From Desulfobacterales bacterium (GTDB lineage: Bacteria > Desulfobacterota > Desulfobacteria > Desulfobacterales > JAHEIW01), in contig JASFIG010000002.1 of assembly GCA_050122795.1 (NCBI GenBank), positions 1 through 44,462 of the forward strand: a stretch of 44,462 bases of DNA, read 5' to 3'. Both the position numbers and the translations under genes were made by a program. Below, piece by piece: positions 8,436 through 15,649 of this stretch; position 1 is the stretch's first letter; each line of letters starts with the position of its first letter. The notes beneath the pieces were generated by a model. It was given only the letters and a program-made list of their open reading frames with translations. It did not search any database and was not told the DNA's origin.

Positions 8436-9014
8436 ATGAAAAACAGATGCCCCTGGGCCGGCAACGATCCTATTTACGTAAAATATCATGATAACGAGTG
8501 GGGGGTTCCCCTGCACGATGACCGCAAACTATTCGAGTTTCTGCTATTGGATGGCTTTCAGGCCGGATTGAGTTGGATTACCATTTTAAAAAAACGAACA
8601 AATTATCGCAACGCCTTTGATTATTTTGATGCCCGCAAGATTGCCGTTTACGATAAAGATAAGATTCAGCGATTGCTTAATAATAAAGGGATTATTCGCA
8701 ACAGGTTAAAAATTGAAGCCGCTGTCCAAAATGCAAGATCGGTTTTGGGCATCCTCGATGAATTTGACAGTTTTGATGATTACATCTGGCAATTCACCGG
8801 CGGTCAAACGATTCGAAACGCCTGGCAGACGATAGACCAGGTCCCCGCCTGGACGAATGAATCAAATGCGATGAGTAAGGATTTAAAGCAAAGAGGGTTT
8901 AAATTTGTAGGACCGACCATTTGTTATGCTTTTATGCAGGCTGCCGGGATGGTAAATGATCATCTGGTGGATTGCTTTCGATATCAACAGGTCCAAGCGG
9001 TCAGGATGCGATAA
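8436..9014 (+). CDS. tag: DNA-3-methyladenine glycosylase I
   Basis: 192 aa. RCPWAGNDPIYVKYHDNEWGVPLHDDRKLFEFLLLDGFQAGLSW is the Tag signature. Confidence 0.9.
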   Translation: MKNRCPWAGNDPIYVKYHDNEWGVPLHDDRKLFEFLLLDGFQAGLSWITILKKRTNYRNAFDYFDARKIAVYDKDKIQRLLNNKGIIRNRLKIEAAVQNARSVLGILDEFDSFDDYIWQFTGGQTIRNAWQTIDQVPAWTNESNAMSKDLKQRGFKFVGPTICYAFMQAAGMVNDHLVDCFRYQQVQAVRMR

Positions 9015-9099
9015 ACGTGGAGTTGATCATCTCAATCATGATATCTCGACGTCTCATCGGATTTCCTTCAAAAAAACAGATATAAAGAGGGTAGCAACC

Positions 9100-10449
9100 A
9101 TGGCATACTGTTCAGCGTGCGATAAACACCATAATGTCGGCTTCATCTCCACCCGGTTTTCCGGGACGGATGGCGTTTCGCTGGAAACGGCAAAATGGGC
9201 AAATGTCTTTGAAAAAGCCGGTTTCACGTGTTTCTATTTTGCCGGTGAAATTGATCGGCCATCACAAAATTCTTATGTGGTAAGAAAAGCGCATTTCCAT
9301 CATCCGGATATCGTCGACGTTTATCGCAATTGCTTCGGCACCAGCGTGCGCGGCCGCTTTGTGACCCGCAAAATCTATGAGATAAAGCAGCATCTCAAGA
9401 ATCACCTGTACAAGTTTATCGAAATGTTTGAGCTCGATTTGCTGGTTCCCGAAAATGCCCTGACCATACCGCTGAATATCCCGCTGGGGATTGCCCTTAC
9501 TGAAGTGATTTCTGAAACCGGCATGCCCACCATCGCGCATCACCATGATTTTTTCTGGGAAAGACAGCATTTCATGATCAATGCCTGCTGGGAATATTTG
9601 AATATGGCGTTTCCGCCGCATTTACCCTCAATTCAACACGTGGTTATTAACTCTTCAGCGGATAATCAATTGAGTTTACGGACCGGTATCTCAGCGACCA
9701 TAATTCCCAATGTAATGGATTTTGATAATCCGCCTCCGGTGTCCGGTAACTTCGAATCCTGTTCTCTGGAGCCCGGTGATGCACCTCCTCCCATTGACAC
9801 CTATGCTGCCAATGTGCGCCGGGATTTGGGTGTTGCCGATGATGAGCTGTTAATTTTACAGCCTACCCGGGTCGTCAAACGCAAGGGTATCGAACATGCG
9901 ATTGAACTGGTTCACCGCTTGGGAATGAAAGCCAAGCTAGTCATTTCGCATGCCTCCGGAGACGAAGGCTATGACTATGAACGCCGTGTTAGAGAATATT
10001 CCAAGTTGATGAAAGTGGATACCTATTTTGTGGCCAACATCATCAACGAGCAAAGGGGTAAAACAAAGGGCGGGCGCAAAATTTATACGCTGGAGGATAT
10101 TTACCCGCATGCGGATCTGGTGACATATCCGTCCAATTTCGAAGGCTTTGGCAATGCATTTCTTGAGGCGATTTATTTTTGCCGACCTATTGTTGTCAAT
10201 ACGTATTCAATTTACACCATTGATATCAAACCCAAAGGATTTTCGGTAATCGAAATTGACGGCTATGTCACAGATGAGGCCGTCCGTAAAACCAGAAAAG
10301 TCCTGACCAACCCGGACCTGCGTAAAAAAATGGTCACCCACAACTATCAAACGGCCAAAAAATATTACTCATATAAGGTTCTATCGAAAAAACTGGGTGA
10401 TCTTCTCGCCGACTGCACCGGCTGTCAGAGGCTGTTAAATCGTGCGTAA
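9100..10449 (+). CDS. GT4-family (group 1) glycosyltransferase
   Basis: Start set at MAYCSACDKHH (AAGAGGG SD), not at 8956, which would overlap tag. PSNFEGFGNAFLEAIYFCRPIVV is the E-x7-E retaining glycosyltransferase motif. Sugar specificity is unknown. Confidence 0.75.
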   Translation: MAYCSACDKHHNVGFISTRFSGTDGVSLETAKWANVFEKAGFTCFYFAGEIDRPSQNSYVVRKAHFHHPDIVDVYRNCFGTSVRGRFVTRKIYEIKQHLKNHLYKFIEMFELDLLVPENALTIPLNIPLGIALTEVISETGMPTIAHHHDFFWERQHFMINACWEYLNMAFPPHLPSIQHVVINSSADNQLSLRTGISATIIPNVMDFDNPPPVSGNFESCSLEPGDAPPPIDTYAANVRRDLGVADDELLILQPTRVVKRKGIEHAIELVHRLGMKAKLVISHASGDEGYDYERRVREYSKLMKVDTYFVANIINEQRGKTKGGRKIYTLEDIYPHADLVTYPSNFEGFGNAFLEAIYFCRPIVVNTYSIYTIDIKPKGFSVIEIDGYVTDEAVRKTRKVLTNPDLRKKMVTHNYQTAKKYYSYKVLSKKLGDLLADCTGCQRLLNRA

Positions 10450-10506
10450 GTGAAGGTTCGGTCTAGCGCCCAAGGGCACTTGTCAATGCGGTTCTAAGTA
10501 AACAAA

Positions 10507-10549
10507 AACGCCTGCAGCTGTTTGTTTTAACTCCAGGCGTTCATTTTTT
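10507..10549. terminator. bidirectional Rho-independent terminator between convergent genes
   Basis: AACGCCTG (10507-10514) pairs with CAGGCGTT (10534-10541). T-runs follow on both strands (CATTTTTT on plus, TTTTTGTTT on minus). Confidence 0.6.
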
Positions 10550-10593
10550 AAAACCGTCGTTGTGCTCAACTGACAAATGAAGCCACTATCGAA

Positions 10594-10628
10594 AATCCGC
10601 AATCCGCAATCTAAAATCCAAAATCCGG
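10594..10628. repeat. single-armed heptamer tandem repeat AATCCGC x5 (degenerate)
   Basis: AATCCGC AATCCGC AATCTAA AATCCAA AATCCGG abuts the stop codon (10630-10632) of the rubrerythrin-like gene. I saw no complementary arm nearby. Confidence 0.65.
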
Positions 10629-10629
10629 C

Positions 10630-11100
10630 TTAGTCTCCCATGCTTGCCATATAATCATCATACATGGTTTCCAGTGCCAGCTTGTGCTTGGCCTCCTCTT
10701 GGCAAAGGACTTTGAACAGCTTCTTGCTTTCATCCGAATCAGCTTGATCCAGAAAATCGTTGTACAGTTTCAGGGCCTTTTCTTCCCTTTTCATCGCCAG
10801 TAAGAGAATTTCATTGTAGGGCATACCCTGTTCATAGTCTAAGTCCACCAGATAATTGCTGCGTTTGATATCGGTGATCCATTTTAACTGATAGTCTTGC
10901 AGGCTTTTGGTGACTCCTTTGGATTTGAAATCCAGTAGTATTTTCTCATGCTTCTTTTCTTCAGCGGCAAACTCGGCAAACATTTTTTTTGAACCAGAGA
11001 AGTCTTCCTCCTCATCACTTATTTTTTGATAAAATTCTGCTGCCTCCCGTTCCTTATCAATGGCAAAATCGACAATAGCCTCCAAATTTTCAAATTCCAT
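10630..11100 (-). CDS. rubrerythrin/ferritin-like diiron four-helix-bundle protein
   Basis: 156 aa. It has paired E...ExxH-type motifs (EREAAEFY, EEKKHEKIL, EEKALKLY, EEAKHKLAL). Confidence 0.65.
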   Translation of the reverse strand: MEFENLEAIVDFAIDKEREAAEFYQKISDEEEDFSGSKKMFAEFAAEEKKHEKILLDFKSKGVTKSLQDYQLKWITDIKRSNYLVDLDYEQGMPYNEILLLAMKREEKALKLYNDFLDQADSDESKKLFKVLCQEEAKHKLALETMYDDYMASMGD

Positions 11101-11442
11101 CGGGGTCTCCTTTCAATTTTAAAGTAGTATAAGAACCAAAAAGCAGAATGCTAAATGAGCATTTTATACCTAAATGTAATAATTTTTTTTGAAGTTGCAT
11201 CCCCCAAAAACAGATTTGCTCGTCCGATCATTTTTAACCCTGCGGCTCATAGCAGGAATTCAATCAGATTTCAACTCGAATGGGCCTGAGCGGGCTGGCA
11301 GAAAAACCGGTGGCCTGCCTTTACCGGCAGGTGTTGAAAAACGCAAAAGCATTGATGGAAAATCCAACACTTCTATAAACAGCCGAAATTTATGCTTTTT
11401 AAGTTTATATTTTCAATTTTCTGATTGTTGGGTTTATGGAGT

Positions 11443-11459
11443 TGTAGAAATTTACTACA
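11443..11459 (+). promoter_or_regulatory. palindrome TGTAGAAATTTACTACA, candidate enhancer (UAS) for a sigma-54 activator
   Basis: TGTAG-N7-CTACA lies about 105 bp upstream of the -24/-12 element, with an AT-rich (bendable) tract in between. Assigning it to the nearby NtrC-type regulator is inference. Confidence 0.35.
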
Positions 11460-11559
11460 GCGCTGTACAGCTGGCCTTTCCTTCAAATTTAGATCCCATA
11501 TTAAAAATAAGTATTCATTTTAAATACATAGAAAATGAGTGCCCTGCTATTCCGGTGGT

Positions 11560-11575
11560 TGGCATACGGATTGCT
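11560..11575 (+). promoter_or_regulatory. sigma-54 (-24/-12) promoter
   Basis: TGGCATACGGATTGCT equals TGGCAT-N5-TTGCT with canonical GG/GC spacing. It ends 46 nt upstream of ATG 11622. Confidence 0.8.
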
Positions 11576-11621
11576 GTATAGCATATCAAAACGTAAAAAA
11601 TTATAACAAAGGAGCGAGGAA

Positions 11622-12620
11622 ATGGTTGAAAAAAAGAAAAGCACACAGAGAAGTCAGGTGGGATTTGGATCGACTTATAAAAAAGTTCGAGCCGGCAGCG
11701 GAGACTTTCGGCACGGAGTTGAATCTGTTCTCGGTGGCCAGGTATGGCTGGTAAAGCCGGATCAGAAAGCCAAGGCTGCCAATCCCTGTCTGTGGATGGA
11801 GGCCGGGGTCGTCAAGTTCAAAAACTGTGACAATTATTATGATTGCACCAGCTGTAAATACGATCATGCCATGGACAACAAAGTTGCCAAGGGCAAGCAA
11901 ATCAGCTGGCAGGAAGCCATGAAAAGACGACCGGACCTGGATCGGGTTTGCCGCCACAGCCTGACCAACCGCATCGAAAAGCGGATGTGTGCCTATGACT
12001 ATGAATGCGGCAAATGTGACTTCGACCAGTATTTTGAGGATATCTGGACCACCAAAACCAAAGCCATCCCCGGCGAGATGCAGCAGATAAAAGGTTTCGA
12101 TGTTCCCATGGGCTACTATTTCCATAATGGCCATGCCTGGGCTCGAATCGAAAGCGGCGGCTATATTCGCGTGGGTCTGGATGACTTTGCGCTAAAAGTG
12201 TTGGGCGAAGCCGATGCGCTTGATCTGCCATTGATCGGCAAAGAATTGGACCAGAGCAAAGCAGGCTGGGGGCTGAGGCGCAAGGATAACCTTGCAGACG
12301 TGCTGTCGCCTATAGATGGCGTTATCATGGAGGTCAATTCCAAGGTCAGGGAAAATCCCAAGCTGGCCAATCATGAGCCTTACGGCGACGGATGGTTGTT
12401 TATGGTACGCACCCCAGATGTCAAGCGCACCATGAAGCAGTTGATGGTCGATCAGGACAGTCTGAGCTGGATGAACACCGAAGTCGGTGAGCTGGAAGGT
12501 ATGATTGAAGAGGTGGCAGGTCCCTTGGCAGCTGATGGCGGTTATCTGGTGGATGACATTTACGGAAATTTGCCGGATCTGGGCTGGAACAATCTAACCC
12601 ACAAGTTCTTACGAACTTAG
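11622..12620 (+). CDS. Cys-rich protein with C-terminal glycine-cleavage-H (GcvH)-like fold, paralog 1
   Basis: 332 aa with AAGGAG SD. There are two copies of C-x12-C-x5-C-x2-C (CLWMEAGVVKFKNCDNYYDCTSC and CRHSLTNRIEKRMCAYDYECGKC). The GcvH-like core follows: GHAWARIESGGYIRVGLDDFA...SPIDGVIMEVN...EPYGDGWLFMV. Confidence 0.8.
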   Translation: MVEKKKSTQRSQVGFGSTYKKVRAGSGDFRHGVESVLGGQVWLVKPDQKAKAANPCLWMEAGVVKFKNCDNYYDCTSCKYDHAMDNKVAKGKQISWQEAMKRRPDLDRVCRHSLTNRIEKRMCAYDYECGKCDFDQYFEDIWTTKTKAIPGEMQQIKGFDVPMGYYFHNGHAWARIESGGYIRVGLDDFALKVLGEADALDLPLIGKELDQSKAGWGLRRKDNLADVLSPIDGVIMEVNSKVRENPKLANHEPYGDGWLFMVRTPDVKRTMKQLMVDQDSLSWMNTEVGELEGMIEEVAGPLAADGGYLVDDIYGNLPDLGWNNLTHKFLRT

Positions 12621-12709
12621 TTATCCGTTATCTGTTATTGGTTGTGGGTAAATAAATGACAGTTCATAGTGTCATCCCGAATAACCAATAACCACTAACC
12701 AATAACTAC
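12621..12709. repeat. heptamer-word inverted repeat (TTATCNG x4 versus CCAATAA x4) with a central 6-bp mini-hairpin
   Basis: Left arm is TTATCCG TTATCTG TTATTGG TTGTGGG (12621-12648). The centre holds ATGACA...TGTCAT. Right arm is CGAATAA CCAATAA CCACTAA CCAATAA (12678-12705). It fills the whole spacer between the two GcvH-like paralogs. Confidence 0.8.
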
Positions 12710-12733
12710 TTGTTTATGGCAAGGAGAATCATC

Positions 12734-13660
12734 ATGGCTCCGATCCGAATGGAAACTCAACAAACCGCCGACCACCCCCCATGCATTTGGTTGCAGGCGG
12801 GTGTTGTACCGCATAAGTTTTGCCGGCTGGAATACCAATGTGCTGCCTGTGCTTACGACCGGGCGATGCGCCGCACAGCTGCCGAAAACAAACAGATTCG
12901 AGACAAAGGCCGAATCCCCGAAGGCAAACGCGGCCGCATTGTTTTTTGGAAGGATAAATTACGTGAACTGCCGGCCTGGAAACAGCCCTGTCTACATCAC
13001 ATGATCGGCCATATTGAATTCCGCGCTTGCACTCATGACTACCAATGCGGCAATTGCGAATTCGATCAATATTTTAATGATCAGTTTGCCGTACATGCCG
13101 TCGTTAAACCGGTGAATGTACTAAACATAAAGGGATTTAAGATTCCACACGGATTCTACCTGCACCCGGGACACACCTGGGTAAAAATCGAAGAAGGGGC
13201 GACAGTGCGCGTCGGTCTGGACGATTTCGCCCTGCGCTTGCTGGGACCGCTGGATCAAATTGAAGCTCCCCTGATGGGTAAACAGCTGGAACAGGGGCGT
13301 CAGGACATCACGTTACGGCGGGCGGGAAACAATGCCAAATTGCTTTCTCCGGTCAGCGGAGTGGTCACCGATATTAATCCGGCGCTGCGCGAGCGCGGTA
13401 GCCGGAGCAGCGAAGATCCATATAGTAAGAGCTGGATTTTACGGCTGCACTGCAACAATCTACGCCAGGATCTCAAGAACCTGATGATCGGTAATCAAGC
13501 CGGCGAATATATTGATAAAGAGGTCAATCGCCTATACGAAGTCATTGAGGAGACAGCCGGTCCTCTTGCCGCTGACGGCGGTTACCTGGGTGAAGACATA
13601 TTCGGCAATTTGCCCCAGCTCGGCTGGCAAAAGCTGACCCGGGAATTTTTAAAAACCTAA
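12734..13660 (+). CDS. Cys-rich protein with C-terminal GcvH-like fold, paralog 2
   Basis: Start set at ATG 12734 (AAGGAGA SD 6 nt upstream) rather than TTG 12710. It has the same two C-x12-C-x5-C-x2-C modules and the same C-terminal AGPLAADGGYL..DI.GNLP.LGW tail as paralog 1. Confidence 0.8.
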   Translation: MAPIRMETQQTADHPPCIWLQAGVVPHKFCRLEYQCAACAYDRAMRRTAAENKQIRDKGRIPEGKRGRIVFWKDKLRELPAWKQPCLHHMIGHIEFRACTHDYQCGNCEFDQYFNDQFAVHAVVKPVNVLNIKGFKIPHGFYLHPGHTWVKIEEGATVRVGLDDFALRLLGPLDQIEAPLMGKQLEQGRQDITLRRAGNNAKLLSPVSGVVTDINPALRERGSRSSEDPYSKSWILRLHCNNLRQDLKNLMIGNQAGEYIDKEVNRLYEVIEETAGPLAADGGYLGEDIFGNLPQLGWQKLTREFLKT

Positions 13661-13716
13661 TTTTTTTCAGCCATCGGGTCTTTCTTTCCATCGCTGGATA
13701 CAAGACACTCGCTCAA

Positions 13717-13754
13717 AAATAAGGGATTACAGTCGATTCTGTAATCCCTTATTT
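13717..13754. terminator. bidirectional terminator hairpin (16-bp perfect stem)
   Basis: AAATAAGGGATTACAG - TCGATT - CTGTAATCCCTTATTT sits between convergent genes. The right arm overlaps the stop codon of the archaemetzincin gene. Confidence 0.7.
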
Positions 13755-14309
13755 TGCTTGCAGCCTTTTGATATCGTCTTCCAGCAGAACCTTGCAATAG
13801 TGGCACAGCTGATCCGATTTGCGGTCAACATCACCCTCATTGCGACAGTAATGCATCAGACAGGTATGTTGCGGACAGTGACGTAATTTGAACGTATGGC
13901 CCAGCTCATGAATGGCTTCTTTGATGATGCGGCTTAAATAAGGCTCCTGGGTGTCCAAGGATTGATGCCCTTCGTTGAGCCGAATGGTGGACACGATACA
14001 GGCCTTGCCGCCCAGCTGCGCTTCTCCATAGACATGGGTTAAAATCGGAATGAACAAATCCACCTGAACCATCGCCAGCACTTTTAGCGCGCTTGGCGGG
14101 GCTTTAAGGGCCAACTGTTCCAGGATAGGGGTGGAATGATATTGATTGCGATTGGTATGAAACGCAAATTCAAGGTTTTTTAAGAGGGGCCGGATGTCAG
14201 TTTGGAAACCATAGATACGCTTAATTTCTGCTCTGACACGATCCAACAGTTCGGGTGTAAAGTCTCCGATGGGGGAAATGACAATGGTATTTGGAGATAA
14301 GGACGTCAA
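13749..14309 (-). CDS. archaemetzincin-like zinc metallopeptidase (M54 family)
   Basis: 186 aa. HELGHTFKLRHC is the HExxHxxGxxHC motif, and further CxxC-type cysteines follow (CLMHYC, CHYC). The TTG start overlaps the upstream stop (TTGA), suggesting translational coupling. Confidence 0.75.
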   Translation of the reverse strand: MTSLSPNTIVISPIGDFTPELLDRVRAEIKRIYGFQTDIRPLLKNLEFAFHTNRNQYHSTPILEQLALKAPPSALKVLAMVQVDLFIPILTHVYGEAQLGGKACIVSTIRLNEGHQSLDTQEPYLSRIIKEAIHELGHTFKLRHCPQHTCLMHYCRNEGDVDRKSDQLCHYCKVLLEDDIKRLQAK

Positions 14310-15649
14310 GTTATCTTTTCAATATCATACCGTTTGATTTTGCTGTAGAGGGTGGAGCGGTCGATTCCCAGGATTTTGGCGCTTCTGGCAATGTTCCATT
14401 GGTTTTCGTTCAGTATGCGTTCAATATGGACCTTTTCCACATCCTTGAGTGAATGGGTTCTGATTTCCGTCGCGGGTTCATGGCAGAAAATGGGCAAATC
14501 CTCAGGTAAAATTTCACGCTGCCGGCCGACCACAACCGCCCGCTCGATGGCATTTTCCAGTTCGCGTATATTGCCCGGCCAATCGTAAATCATCATTTCA
14601 TCCATGGCCTCGCGGCTGATGTTGTCAATGGGTTTATTGGTCTCCTGGGAAAATCGATACAAAAAATGCTCCGCCAGAAGCGGTATGTCTTCTTTTCGCT
14701 GGCTCAAAGACGGCATTTTAAACGAAATAACATTTAGGCGGTAAAACAAGTCTTCCCGGAAATCACCGGATTTGATGGCCGCTTCCAGATCTCGATTGGT
14801 GGCCGCCATGACTCTGAAATCGGCTTCGATGGGTTGGGTACCGCCCACCCGGTAAAATACGCGATCTTCCAATACCCGCAGCAGGTCGATTTGCATCCGC
14901 ATGCTGATTTCGCCGATTTCATCCAAAAACAGGGTGCCGCCATGGGCCAACTCCAGCCGGCCCTTTTTGGTTTCTTTGGCATCGGTGAATGCGCCTTTTT
15001 GATGCCCGAACAATTCACTTTCCATCAGATGCTCCGGTACAGCGCCGCAATTGACCGTCACAAAAGGGCCGTTGCGGCGTGAGCTGTTGGTATGAATCGC
15101 TTTGGCCGCCAGCCCCTTGCCGGTGCCGGTCTCACCGGTGATCAGGACGGTTGAATCCATGGGCGCCACGTCGCAAATGAGATCAAAAATCTTCTGCATG
15201 GGTTCGGATTGGCCGATCATGCTTTCAAAGCGGGTGCGATCCTTGTATTGCTCTTTGAGGTAGATATTTTCACGCGCCTGCTCCTGATGTTGGATGATTT
15301 TCTCGATCAGCACACCCAGTTCGTTGGGGTCAAATGGTTTGAGCATATAATCAAAAGCACCGTCTTTCATGGCCTCGATCGCCGAGGGGATGGAACCATA
15401 GGCGGTGATCATAACGACCTCGGCATCCGGGTCGCTTTCCTTGACCCTACGCAACACATCCAGACCGCTGATGCCTTCCATTTTGATATCCACCAGCAAA
15501 ATGTCAAAGTGGGTCTCTTTGATTTTCTCGAGGGCTTCTTCCCCGCTGGCAGCGGTCTGGACACCATGGCCGTCGCGTTCCAACCAGCCTGCCAGAGATT
15601 CGCGCATAATCAATTCATCATCGACAATCAGGATCTTAACGTTGCTCAC
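14306..15649 (-). CDS. sigma-54-dependent response regulator (NtrC/AtoC family: REC + AAA+ + Fis-type HTH)
   Basis: 447 aa, GTG start with GGGAGG SD. ILIVDDE...DILLVDIKM is the REC domain, GETGTGKG is Walker A, GAFTDA is the GAFTGA-loop variant, and the HTH is C-terminal. Confidence 0.9.
   Translation of the reverse strand: MSNVKILIVDDELIMRESLAGWLERDGHGVQTAASGEEALEKIKETHFDILLVDIKMEGISGLDVLRRVKESDPDAEVVMITAYGSIPSAIEAMKDGAFDYMLKPFDPNELGVLIEKIIQHQEQARENIYLKEQYKDRTRFESMIGQSEPMQKIFDLICDVAPMDSTVLITGETGTGKGLAAKAIHTNSSRRNGPFVTVNCGAVPEHLMESELFGHQKGAFTDAKETKKGRLELAHGGTLFLDEIGEISMRMQIDLLRVLEDRVFYRVGGTQPIEADFRVMAATNRDLEAAIKSGDFREDLFYRLNVISFKMPSLSQRKEDIPLLAEHFLYRFSQETNKPIDNISREAMDEMMIYDWPGNIRELENAIERAVVVGRQREILPEDLPIFCHEPATEIRTHSLKDVEKVHIERILNENQWNIARSAKILGIDRSTLYSKIKRYDIEKIT

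Noticed and set aside
8956-9099. N-terminal extension of the glycosyltransferase ORF back to 8956.
   Set aside because: It would overlap the 3' end of tag by about 60 nt and encodes non-conserved-looking sequence. A good SD precedes the internal ATG at 9100.
11189-11581. ORF of 130 aa in the 520-bp spacer upstream of the GcvH-like genes.
   Set aside because: It has a non-ATG start, no SD and a low-complexity translation. It covers the sigma-54 promoter and candidate enhancer, so regulatory DNA is the better explanation.
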